Origin: Terriglobia bacterium
GTDB lineage: Bacteria > Acidobacteriota > Terriglobia > Bryobacterales > Bryobacteraceae
Reading direction: 5' to 3'
Assembly: GCA_020073325.1 (NCBI GenBank)
Contig: JAIQFJ010000001.1
Span: 1 to 53,942 of the forward strand
Length of the DNA: 53,942 bases
Positions 32,961-41,574 of the stretch are shown here, piece after piece. The position numbers were made by a program, and so were the translations under genes. Numbering within the stretch: the stretch's first letter is position 1; the number at the start of each line of letters is the position of its first letter. The notes beneath the pieces were generated by a model. The model ran no database searches. It was not told the DNA's origin and saw nothing but the letters and a program-made list of their open reading frames with translations.

Positions 32961-34802
32961 ATGCTGCGCTCAGCCCTGCTCGTCGTAATCGGGACCATCG
33001 GAATCCTCCACGCGGAAGACGGAGCCGCCCTCTATAAACAACGCTGCTCCGGATGCCACGAAGGCGGCGTCGGCCGCGCGCCCAAGCCCGACGCGCTGAA
33101 GCTCATGTCACCCGAAGGCGTCCAGACCTCGCTCACCAGCGGCATGATGATGATCCAGGGAATCCTGATGACCACCGCCGAGGTCCGCGCCGTGTCCGAG
33201 TTCGTCACCGGCAAAGCCTTCGGCGGAGAGGCCATGCCGAAGCGCGCATTCTGCACCGCGTCCAAAGCCTGGCCCGCCGATCCCTTCGCCGGCCCCAATT
33301 GGAACGGTTGGGGCGGCGCCGATAATCGCCGATCGCAACCTGCCGCGATGGCCGGACTCTCCGCCCCCGACGTCCCCAAACTCAAACTCAAGTGGGCGTT
33401 CGGAATCCCCGGGACTTTGCGTGCCTATTCTCAACCCGCCATCGCCGGCGGACGGCTTTTCGTCGGAACCGGGACGCGCAACGTTTACGCGATGGACGCT
33501 TCGTCAGGCTGCGTCATCTGGTCGTTCGAAGCGGAAAGCGGGGTCCGCACCGCGATCACTTTGGGACGCTCCGGAAACCGCTGGGCCGCGTATTTCGGCG
33601 ACCAGATCGGCGAAGCCTACGCCGTCGACGCCGCCTCGGGCGAATTGATCTGGAAAACGCGCGTCGAAAATTATCCCGGCGCGCTGATCACCGGATCGCC
33701 CGCGCTGTTTGAAGGACGCCTCTACGTTCCCGTTTCGTCAGGCGAGGAAGTCCTCGGCGCGGGCGCCGATTACGAGTGCTGCAAATTCCGCGGCAGCGTC
33801 TCCGCCCTCGACGCCGCGACGGGCAAAGTGATCTGGAAAAGCTACACGATTCCCGAGGAGCCGCGCAAAATCCGCAAGAACGCCCGTGGAGTCCAGCAAT
33901 GGGGACCGTCAGGCGCCGGGGTGTGGTCCTCGCCGACGATCGATGCGAAGCGTCGCGCGATCTACGTCGCCACCGGCGATTCCTATTCCGACCCGGCCGC
34001 GCGCACCAGCGACGCATTCCTCGCCTTCGACATGCAGACCGGCCGCATGCTGTGGTCGCGCCAGTTGACCGCGGGCGACGCGTTCAACGTCGCGTGCGGG
34101 CGTCCGGGCGGCGAGAATTGCCCGGAGGCAAAAGGTCCCGACGTCGATTTCGGGTCCTCGCCGATGCTGGTGAATCTCGCCAATGGAAAACGCGCGCTGG
34201 TCGCCGGACAGAAATCAGGCGTGGTCCACGCCGTCGATCCCGATCAGCAGGGAGAGGTCCTGTGGCAGGTCCGCATCGGTCACGGCAGCGCCGCCGGCGG
34301 CGTCCAGTGGGGCTCCGCTGCCGACGATCAGAATGTTTACGTCGCCTTGTCCGACGTGAAAACGCGCCGTCCCGCTTCCGCATCGGCCGCAAACAAAACC
34401 GTCTTCGGCGGATACGGCGAATACGATCCGTCGGCCGGCGGCGGCATGTTTGCGCTGCGCCTCGCGACGGGCGAAAAAGACTGGCAAAAAGATCCCCCGC
34501 CCTGCGGCGACCGCAAAGGATGCAGCCCCGCGCAATCCGCCGCCGTGACGCTGATCCCCGGCGTGGTTTTCTCCGGCGACCTCGGCGGCCGCCTGCGCGC
34601 GTATTCGACGAAGGACGGCTCCATCCTGTGGGAAGTCGAAACCGCGCACGACTTCGAAACCGTCAACGGTGTCAAAGCGAACGGCGGCGCGATGGACGGC
34701 CCCGGTCCCGTGATCGCCGGCGGAATGCTGTACGTCAATTCCGGCTACGGCTTCAACGGCGGCATGCCCGGCAACGTGCTGCTCGCCTTCTCCATCGAGT
34801 GA
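32961..34802 (+). CDS. Secreted N-terminal cytochrome c / PQQ-like beta-propeller protein
   Basis: Signal peptide. CSGCH haem-binding motif at the N-terminus. Repeated propeller-like segments (VYAMDASSGCVIW, AYAVDAASGELIWK, LDAATGKVIWK, FDMQTGRMLW, VHAVDP). ATG at 32961 preferred. Confidence 0.8.
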   Translation: MLRSALLVVIGTIGILHAEDGAALYKQRCSGCHEGGVGRAPKPDALKLMSPEGVQTSLTSGMMMIQGILMTTAEVRAVSEFVTGKAFGGEAMPKRAFCTASKAWPADPFAGPNWNGWGGADNRRSQPAAMAGLSAPDVPKLKLKWAFGIPGTLRAYSQPAIAGGRLFVGTGTRNVYAMDASSGCVIWSFEAESGVRTAITLGRSGNRWAAYFGDQIGEAYAVDAASGELIWKTRVENYPGALITGSPALFEGRLYVPVSSGEEVLGAGADYECCKFRGSVSALDAATGKVIWKSYTIPEEPRKIRKNARGVQQWGPSGAGVWSSPTIDAKRRAIYVATGDSYSDPAARTSDAFLAFDMQTGRMLWSRQLTAGDAFNVACGRPGGENCPEAKGPDVDFGSSPMLVNLANGKRALVAGQKSGVVHAVDPDQQGEVLWQVRIGHGSAAGGVQWGSAADDQNVYVALSDVKTRRPASASAANKTVFGGYGEYDPSAGGGMFALRLATGEKDWQKDPPPCGDRKGCSPAQSAAVTLIPGVVFSGDLGGRLRAYSTKDGSILWEVETAHDFETVNGVKANGGAMDGPGPVIAGGMLYVNSGYGFNGGMPGNVLLAFSIE

Positions 34803-34841
34803 ACCGCGACCGAAGGAAGCGGCCTGCCTCGACATTTTCAC
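34801..34841. repeat. Family-A repeat, degenerate right half
   Basis: GAACCGCGACCGAAGGAAGCGGCC...ATTTTCAC matches the right inner arm and terminus of the 6600-6730 element. Lies between two convergent genes. Confidence 0.65.
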
Positions 34842-37423
34842 CCGCGCCCCAACCCCCGATACAACTCCGCCTGCCGATCCGCAATCGCATCCCATCCATA
34901 CAACTCCTCCGCCGTCTTCCGAGCCCCCCGCTCCAGCGCGATCCGATCCTCCGGATGATCGATCAAGTGCGCGATCGCCGCCGCCATGATGTCCGACTTA
35001 TTCGTCACGATCACATCCCGGTCGCGCACCACCTCCAGCCCATGCACGCCCGCTTCTGTCGACACGATCGCCTTGCCCATCGCCATCGCTTCCATGATCT
35101 TGATGTTCGTCCCCGCCGACGCCACCAGCGGCGCGATCACCAGCGTCGCGCGCCGGTACGCCGGACGCACGTCGGAGACGAATCCCTCCACTTCCACTCC
35201 CGGATGATGCAGGTCCCAGAACTTTTCATGCTCCGGCCCGGCGATCACGTGCAGCGTCACTCCATTCAACTTCGGAAAAACTTCACGCAGGAAAAATTCC
35301 ATCGCCAGCACGTTCGGCTTATGACGAAAGGATCCGATAAACAGCAGCCGCCGCGAATCGGGCGCTTCGGGAGACGGCTGAAAGCGCTCCAGGTCGACTC
35401 CGTTCGCGATCGTCACCGCCCCCTCCACAACCTGCCGGTCCTTCTCCGACATCACCGCGACGCGATCGACGCGCTTCCACGACTCGCGCTCGAACGCCAC
35501 CCACCGCTCGTATTGCCTGCGCGTTTCCCAATCCTCGTTCTGCGCCAGCATCTGCGCGTACAGATCGTAGGTAATGTCGTGCTCCACCAGAATCGTTTTC
35601 GCCGGAGCACAATCGGCCGCATACTGAGCCATCTGAGTAAACTCGAACTGCGCGACCGACGGCCGCCACTTCTGCATCGTCTGCCGCAGAATCGCGTGGA
35701 ACGACGGCGAATCGAACTCCTCCACCGTATCCGGCCGCGGCGACGACGGCAGCGCGTGCGTTCCCGGACGCCGCACCGTGATGACCTCGACACAAATGTC
35801 CAGCAACTCGCGAGGAACCGGACGAGCGTCTTCCACAAAGCAAACCAGCACCTGATCGAAATCGCGAGCCGCGCGGCGCATCAGGTTGTAGATGCGCACC
35901 GCGGCTCCGTGCGAAAGCGGATAGGGCAGATAAGGGCTCGCCACCAGCACCACCGGCTTTCCCGACCCTTCGCGGCCAGGGAACGACGCAATATCGCCGC
36001 GCACCAGATCGAAAAATCCAGTGGGTCCCTCTTCATACGCGCCGATCATCTGCCGGGCCGCAAACGCGAGCGCGTCGATCTTCTTCAGCAGGTTCAACCG
36101 CACCACGTTTTCGCGCCACATGCGCCGGAACGTCTCGCGATCCTCGATCGCGCGCGCCAGAAAGCGAATGTAGTTGAACTCCAGCGCGCGGTCCAGATCC
36201 TCGGGCTTGAAATACCGCGACGTCGTCGCGCGATGCAGATGCAGCACCCGCGCCCCCGCGCAGTAGACCGACGGCCATCCTCGCTCCCATGCCCGCACCC
36301 CGACGTCCAGATCCTCCACATAGGCCGGCTTATAAACCTCATCGAACCCGCCCAGCAGCGCGAGCTTCGACGCATCGTACAGCGTGCAGCCGCCGCTGCC
36401 GTACAGCACGTAACTCAAATCCTCGCCTTCCAGCGGCTCTTCGCAGCGCACCGGAAAATCCGTCGGCGATTCGAGCGGAGGCATCGCCGTCTTGCCGGTC
36501 TCCTCGCGACGCTGTCCCGGCGGGAAGAAAATCTGCGCTGTCGATGCGAACAACCCGGGTACGTCGTCGAACGCGCGCCGCAGCGCCGCAAGAAATCCCG
36601 GCTCCACCAGCATGTCGTTATTCAACAGGCAGACATGCGAAAAACGAGCTTTCCTGATCCCGCGATTCACCGCGGCGGAAAAAGACAACGGCTCGCTGAC
36701 ATGCTCGACCAGCACGGACGGAAAGTCGGCATGGAGGAATTCGCGCGTGCCGTCGTTCGACCCGTTGTCGACCACGATGATTTCATCCGCGTCGTAGATC
36801 CGCGGCAGGCAGCGATCCAGCAGCTCGCGTCCGTTGCGCGACGGAATCACCACCGAGATCCCCTCAGGCCGGATCGACGGCGGACGCGTCTCCGCGCGCC
36901 TGTGCCCGCGTCCCGGCAGCGTCCCGCGCAACAGTGCCAACCGGTAAAAAATCGGCCGCCGGAATTCCTGCGGATGCGCCACCCGCCAGAGCTGTGTGTA
37001 GATCCAGCCGCCCGGACTGAATTGCCAGCGCAGGAAATTCTTCGTTCGCCACGCTGCGTGCTTCGCGATCGACGGCACGCTCTGCGGACGCAGCATGAAA
37101 TGCTGGCCCGTCTCGTTGAAGCACATCAGGTATTGCGGAGCCATCGAAGCGCCGCACAGGCGCAGCGGCCAGTACGGCACGCGCGGCTCCAGGATCACCG
37201 CGCACAGGCGGATCTTTTTGTCGCGCAGCTTCCAGCGCAAAAAGCGCCGGTTCTCGGTCCAGCTTCGCTTGACCTGATACGGGATCCATTCGCCCGCGGG
37301 AGGCTGAAATTCCGCCACGACGATCAGCGGCATTTCCGGGAAAATCGATTTCAGCCGTTCGACGGCCAGCGCGATGCTCGCATCGGACCCGGAGGCGAAC
37401 AGGACCTTGACAGCGGTTTTCAA
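34838..37423 (-). CDS. Multidomain glycosyltransferase (unknown N-terminal domain + GT2 + GT4/GT1)
   Basis: GT2 region: ISVVIPSRNG...VVDNGSNDGT...LLNNDM. GT4 region: FIGSF.HKPN...EGFVSD...GTNIKIMEAMAMGKAIVST. Proposed TTG start at 37423 overlaps the upstream TGA (TTGA). Track start is 37474. Confidence 0.85.
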   Translation of the reverse strand: MKTAVKVLFASGSDASIALAVERLKSIFPEMPLIVVAEFQPPAGEWIPYQVKRSWTENRRFLRWKLRDKKIRLCAVILEPRVPYWPLRLCGASMAPQYLMCFNETGQHFMLRPQSVPSIAKHAAWRTKNFLRWQFSPGGWIYTQLWRVAHPQEFRRPIFYRLALLRGTLPGRGHRRAETRPPSIRPEGISVVIPSRNGRELLDRCLPRIYDADEIIVVDNGSNDGTREFLHADFPSVLVEHVSEPLSFSAAVNRGIRKARFSHVCLLNNDMLVEPGFLAALRRAFDDVPGLFASTAQIFFPPGQRREETGKTAMPPLESPTDFPVRCEEPLEGEDLSYVLYGSGGCTLYDASKLALLGGFDEVYKPAYVEDLDVGVRAWERGWPSVYCAGARVLHLHRATTSRYFKPEDLDRALEFNYIRFLARAIEDRETFRRMWRENVVRLNLLKKIDALAFAARQMIGAYEEGPTGFFDLVRGDIASFPGREGSGKPVVLVASPYLPYPLSHGAAVRIYNLMRRAARDFDQVLVCFVEDARPVPRELLDICVEVITVRRPGTHALPSSPRPDTVEEFDSPSFHAILRQTMQKWRPSVAQFEFTQMAQYAADCAPAKTILVEHDITYDLYAQMLAQNEDWETRRQYERWVAFERESWKRVDRVAVMSEKDRQVVEGAVTIANGVDLERFQPSPEAPDSRRLLFIGSFRHKPNVLAMEFFLREVFPKLNGVTLHVIAGPEHEKFWDLHHPGVEVEGFVSDVRPAYRRATLVIAPLVASAGTNIKIMEAMAMGKAIVSTEAGVHGLEVVRDRDVIVTNKSDIMAAAIAHLIDHPEDRIALERGARKTAEELYGWDAIADRQAELYRGLGRG

Positions 37424-38445
37424 ATCAGTTCGCAAAGCTCGAAGCGCCACTCGCCGGATTGATGTTCGTTCCACAGCGCCAGCGCCTGCATCGCGAACGC
37501 GGTCGACACCGGATTCATGAACGGCAGCATTTCACCGCCCTTCCTGCCGAACCAGAATCCGCCGCGCAATCGTGGATCGTTCGAAGCCGATTGATACGCG
37601 GCGGCACGATCCGCCTCGTCGCTCGCGGCGTTTCCATCCAGCTCCACCGCGCCCTGATGATGCGCGATCAGCCGGACACGCAGGATCTGCGCACACACGT
37701 CGCTGCGCTCGAAACGCGGAGAAATTTCGCGCAGCAGCGCCGCGGCCCGCGCGATTCCGCCGCGCAAGGCAGCCCGCACATCGTCGCGATCCGACACCCA
37801 CAGCAGCGCTTCCAGAAAATAGCAGTACGCGTGAAGCCGGTCCATGGTCGCTTCCGGGTCCAGTCCTTCCAGAAACAATTCGTGACTCGCCAGTGAAGCC
37901 CGCAGCAGCGACTCGAACAGCCGCCCGCCCGCCTCGCCGCCCGCTTCGAGCCACGCCAGCGCCGACTTCAACTGATAGCATCCCGGCGACCGCGACCATC
38001 GCGTCTCGTAGGAAAGCGGCTGCTTTTCCGGCAGCTCGATCACGGGATGAAATACGCCGTCGCCCAGGAAATCGAATGCCAGCGACACAGCGGCTTCCTC
38101 GGCGCGCTCGCGGAAACGATCGTCCCCGGTCACGCGATGCGTGGCGAGCAATCCCCGCGCGATAATTCCCGTGTCGAAAAAATACGCCAGCGGCGAGCCT
38201 GGCTCGAACGGAAATATTTGCGCCGCGGCGTCCCACGCCTGCTCGACCAGATAGTCCGCCGCCCGCGCCGCTTCCTCCTTCTGGCCCAGGTAGGCCAGAG
38301 CGCTGGCGGCGTACCCGGTGATTTCCGTTGAAACGCGCGCGTTCTTTTCCAGATCTGATCGGTAGTAGCGCGCGACGCCGCCCGAAGATTCCTGTATCCC
38401 GGAATGCAGGAACCAGCAGCGTGCGCTTTCAAAAATCGATGCCAA
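37420..38445 (-). CDS. (alpha/alpha)6-toroid-like protein (AGE/LanC/prenyltransferase-like fold); function unknown
   Basis: Repeated helical-hairpin pattern (GYAASALAYLGQKEEAARAADYL, DTGIIARGLLATHRVTGDDRFRERA, ...). Co-directional and overlapping with the GT gene. Confidence 0.55.
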   Translation of the reverse strand: MASIFESARCWFLHSGIQESSGGVARYYRSDLEKNARVSTEITGYAASALAYLGQKEEAARAADYLVEQAWDAAAQIFPFEPGSPLAYFFDTGIIARGLLATHRVTGDDRFRERAEEAAVSLAFDFLGDGVFHPVIELPEKQPLSYETRWSRSPGCYQLKSALAWLEAGGEAGGRLFESLLRASLASHELFLEGLDPEATMDRLHAYCYFLEALLWVSDRDDVRAALRGGIARAAALLREISPRFERSDVCAQILRVRLIAHHQGAVELDGNAASDEADRAAAYQSASNDPRLRGGFWFGRKGGEMLPFMNPVSTAFAMQALALWNEHQSGEWRFELCELI

Positions 38446-38459
38446 CTACCGATTGTATA

Positions 38460-39098
38460 ATGTGGAAGCCCATGAGCTGGAAAACGGCCTGCTGCTTCCT
38501 GCTGGCGGTCGCGGTACAGGCCCAGAGTCCCATGCCGGTCGGCATCGTTCGCGGCAAGCTGGTTTCCTCGATCGGCACGAACCGCGCGGGCGAAATTACC
38601 GTGCGCGGCGCCGACGGCCTCGCGTCCTGCAACTACGACGCCCGCACGTATTTCGAGCGCGAATTCGAGATGATCCACGCCAATGCCCTGGCTCCCGGCG
38701 ATCCGGTCGAGGTCCTGGCCGACCGCCGGCCCGGTTCCACCGCGTGTTATGCGCGAACCGTGCAAGTCACCAACAGGCGTCCGCAGCTCTACGTTCCCGG
38801 AGTGCGTCCCCCGCTGCGAACCGCGCCGAGCCCCACCGAAGCCTTCGCCCCTCGCGGCGATTTCATGTTCGGCGGTCGCGTCGTCAGCCGTGAGCCGCGC
38901 CAGCTGACCGTGATGACGCACGCCGGCGAGATTCACCTGGTGCTTCGCCCGGATACGCGCTATGCCGGCGACGGCCTGAGCGCGGATGCCTCGTCGCTCA
39001 AGGTGAACACCCACGTCTTCGTCCGCGCCGGCCGCGACGTCGACGGATTCCTCGAGGCCTACCAGATCATGTGGGGCGAAATGACCGGCCCCCAATAA
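38460..39098 (+). CDS. Secreted protein with two beta-barrel (DUF5666/OB-like) repeats
   Basis: Signal peptide WKTACCFLLAVAVQAQS. Two similar halves ending ...GDPVEVLADRRPG.. and ..THVFVRAGRDVDG... Alternative ATG at 38472. Confidence 0.6.
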   Translation: MWKPMSWKTACCFLLAVAVQAQSPMPVGIVRGKLVSSIGTNRAGEITVRGADGLASCNYDARTYFEREFEMIHANALAPGDPVEVLADRRPGSTACYARTVQVTNRRPQLYVPGVRPPLRTAPSPTEAFAPRGDFMFGGRVVSREPRQLTVMTHAGEIHLVLRPDTRYAGDGLSADASSLKVNTHVFVRAGRDVDGFLEAYQIMWGEMTGPQ

Positions 39099-39197
39099 TT
39101 CACGATGCCCGTAGGGCAGACCACAGAAAATTGATGGACGGCCGGTAACTTTTCAGGCCTCTGTGCATACCTTGAACGTGAGTCTGCGGCGGCTCCT

Positions 39198-39686
39198 ATG
39201 ACTGGATTTCACGAGCTTTACGAAAGATATTCGCGGGACGTCTACCGCTTCGCGTTATATCTGTCGGGCGACCCGGCGCTGGCCGATGATGTCACATCAG
39301 AGACCTTCATCCGGGTCTGGTCTTCACCGGAACCGGTTCGCATGGCGACGGTGAAAGCCTACTTGCTGACCATCGCCCGCAACGTCTGGTTGATGGAGCG
39401 CCGGCGCGGCTCGCGCCGTCAGGACCTGGACGAGACCCTTCCCGACCCCAGCGCAACTGTGCTGCGCAACCTGGAAATGAAGAATGAGCTCGACAGAGTG
39501 CTCCGCGGTTTGCAGGAGCTTCCCGAGGTCGATCGCGCCGCGCTCCTGATGCGCGCCGAGGAAGGCCTCGCCTACGAAGAAATTGCGTTAGCGCTCAGTC
39601 TGCCCGTCGTGACAGTGAAGGTCAAGGTACATAGGGCTCGATTGAAGCTTGCACGGATTCGCGATCAGGAGGTATTCCCACGATGA
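39198..39686 (+). CDS. ECF-type RNA polymerase sigma factor
   Basis: Region 2 (YRFALYLSGDPALADDVTSETFIRVW) and region 4 (LPEVDRAALLMRAEEGLAYEEIALAL). 162 aa. Confidence 0.9.
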   Translation: MTGFHELYERYSRDVYRFALYLSGDPALADDVTSETFIRVWSSPEPVRMATVKAYLLTIARNVWLMERRRGSRRQDLDETLPDPSATVLRNLEMKNELDRVLRGLQELPEVDRAALLMRAEEGLAYEEIALALSLPVVTVKVKVHRARLKLARIRDQEVFPR

Positions 39687-40102
39687 AAGTGACCCAAAAT
39701 GTGATTCATGACCTGCTGCCGGCCTACCTGGCCGGCGAAGCGAGCGCCGACACCGCGGCCCTGGTAGAGGAGTTCCTGCGGCTCGATCCGGATCTGGCTC
39801 GCACGGTCGAAAGCTTGCGCGCCAACCCGCTGCCGGATTTACCGGTGGCATTGAAACCAACTCAAGAAAAGGAGACTTTAAACATGACCAAACAACTGCT
39901 GTGGTGGCGAGGAGTCCTGATGGGCCTCGCCATCTTCCTGACGATGCTTCCTCTGTCGTTCGGCTTTCATAACGGCCGGATCACATGGAAGTTTCTCGAC
40001 TCGACGCCCCCTCTCGGAGCCGCGCTGGTCTGTCTTGCAGCGCTCACTTGCTGGGCCGGGTTTCTCTACGTCCGCCGCCGCCTCCAGGCTACCGGCCTGT
40101 AG
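39683..40102 (+). CDS. Putative membrane anti-sigma factor
   Basis: ATGA overlap with the sigma gene. N-terminal HDLLPAYLAGEAS... anti-sigma-like helix without the H-x3-C-x2-C zinc motif. Two TM segments. Confidence 0.6.
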   Translation: MKVTQNVIHDLLPAYLAGEASADTAALVEEFLRLDPDLARTVESLRANPLPDLPVALKPTQEKETLNMTKQLLWWRGVLMGLAIFLTMLPLSFGFHNGRITWKFLDSTPPLGAALVCLAALTCWAGFLYVRRRLQATGL

Positions 40103-40449
40103 ATCACGACGGTCCCCGCCGGCATGGCGGTGACCAAACGTCGGGTTCTATGCCATCACAACCGCGTTCGCATCCGGTTCTCCGAATCCCTCCAATCACT
40201 TCCCACTTCGATGCACCACTCTGAATCCCAACGCGCCCTATCCTACACGCAGACAACCGGGCGCCGCGATCGGCGTCCCGGTGAACTGACGGGCGAACGC
40301 CTAGGGAACCTCGCCTGAACGTCCGAACGATCGCCGACCTGGTGTAGCCCCAGGGTCACAAGCCCGAAGGCCGGTCGCAAATAACAATCCGCTGGCTGTC
40401 CTGCGTGAGTAGGCAGCAAAGGAGCTCCAATGAAATCGCAAGCGCAAAC

Positions 40450-41559
40450 ATGACGGACGCCCCGCACGGCTGCCACAATACTCACATGCGGGACCCCGTC
40501 ATCGCGCTGCCGGATCAGATCGATTCCATCCCCGACGCTCCCGCCGTATTTCTGTTGTGGGCCGCCGAAGGAAAACCCTATCTGGCCCGGACCGCGCTGC
40601 TGCGGCGCAGGCTCCGCAGACTGCTCTCCGAACGCGACCGCGCCACTCGTGTCCTCAACCTGCGCGGAGTGGTCGAACGGATCGAATACTGGCGCACCGC
40701 ATCGCAGCTCGAATCGTCGCTGATTCATCTCGACCTCGCGCAGAAATATTTTCCCGAGGACTGGCCGCGCATCACGCGTATCCGTCCGCCTGTTTTCGTG
40801 AAGCTCACGCTCGAAAATCCGTTTCCGCGCCTGATGGTGACGTCGAGGCTCGGCCGCGGCATGTTCTTCGGACCGTTTCCCAGCCGCGCACCGGCCGAGC
40901 GATTCGAGGACGCCGTGCTCGACCTTTTCCAGATCCGGCGCTGCGAAGAAAATCTCGTGCCCGCGCCCGAACATCCAGGCTGTATTTATGGCGAGATGAA
41001 TCGCTGCCTGCGTCCGTGCCAGATGGCCGTTTCAGCGGAAGAATATCGAAGCGAAGTGTCGCGCGTCGAGCAATTTTTGACGACGCGCGGAGGTTCGCTG
41101 GTGGATTCGGCCGTCGCGGCGCGCGACCGCGCCAGCGCCGAAATGCATTTTGAAGAAGCCGAGCGTTTACACCTCCGCGTCGAGCAGATTCATGCCGTGC
41201 AGGCCTTTGCCGGCGACCTCGCCGCGTCGCTCACGGAATTACGCGGGGTCGCAGTAATGCCCTCGGCGGAATTCGACGCGGTCGACCTCTGGTTTCTGAA
41301 TCGCGGAAGCTGGCTGCGCCCGCGCACACTGGAGTTGGCCGAGGCAGCGGGTCAATCGATGGATCAACGCCTGCGCGAGATCGTGGCGACGCTCGAGCCG
41401 GCCGGCGCGCCGAATCCGGAGCATCTCGCGATTCTGATGCGCTGGCACGGTTCCAGTTGGCGCGACGGCGAATGGATCGGCTTCGAGTCGATGGAAAAGG
41501 TTCCATATCGCCGGCTGGTGAACGCGATCGGCCGCGTCCATGCCCGTCGCAAAGGGTGA
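40450..41559 (+). CDS. UvrC N-terminal-half homologue (Cho-like) with degenerate GIY-YIG motifs and a UVR domain
   Basis: Collinear with UvrC: PAVFLLW..GKPYLARTA (versus GVY...YVGKA), FGPFPSR, RRCE...CIYGEMNRCLRPCQ Cys cluster, EEYRSEV..VEQFL, and MHFEEAERLHLRVEQIHAV (UVR). No endonuclease or HhH C-terminal half. Start uncertain (40405, 40450 or 40486). Confidence 0.7.
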   Translation: MTDAPHGCHNTHMRDPVIALPDQIDSIPDAPAVFLLWAAEGKPYLARTALLRRRLRRLLSERDRATRVLNLRGVVERIEYWRTASQLESSLIHLDLAQKYFPEDWPRITRIRPPVFVKLTLENPFPRLMVTSRLGRGMFFGPFPSRAPAERFEDAVLDLFQIRRCEENLVPAPEHPGCIYGEMNRCLRPCQMAVSAEEYRSEVSRVEQFLTTRGGSLVDSAVAARDRASAEMHFEEAERLHLRVEQIHAVQAFAGDLAASLTELRGVAVMPSAEFDAVDLWFLNRGSWLRPRTLELAEAAGQSMDQRLREIVATLEPAGAPNPEHLAILMRWHGSSWRDGEWIGFESMEKVPYRRLVNAIGRVHARRKG

Positions 41560-41574
41560 TCTATAATCGCAAAC

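Noticed and set aside
33776-37462. 1228-aa ORF on the plus strand, the longest in the track
   Set aside because: It is extremely Arg/Pro/His-rich and low in complexity. It lies antisense to well-supported PQQ-propeller and GT2/GT4 genes that have clear motifs. This is typical shadow ORF behaviour in GC-rich DNA.
39140-39197. ECF-type autoregulatory promoter (GGTAAC ... CGT) upstream of the sigma gene
   Set aside because: The spacing between the candidate -35 and -10 elements (about 27 nt) does not fit the usual 16-17 nt, so it is not reported as a feature.
40103-40404. Riboswitch or other known ncRNA in the long leader of the Cho-like gene
   Set aside because: No TPP, cobalamin, SAM, glycine or SRP-like conserved cores could be recognised by eye on either strand. 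Left as an unexplained leader.
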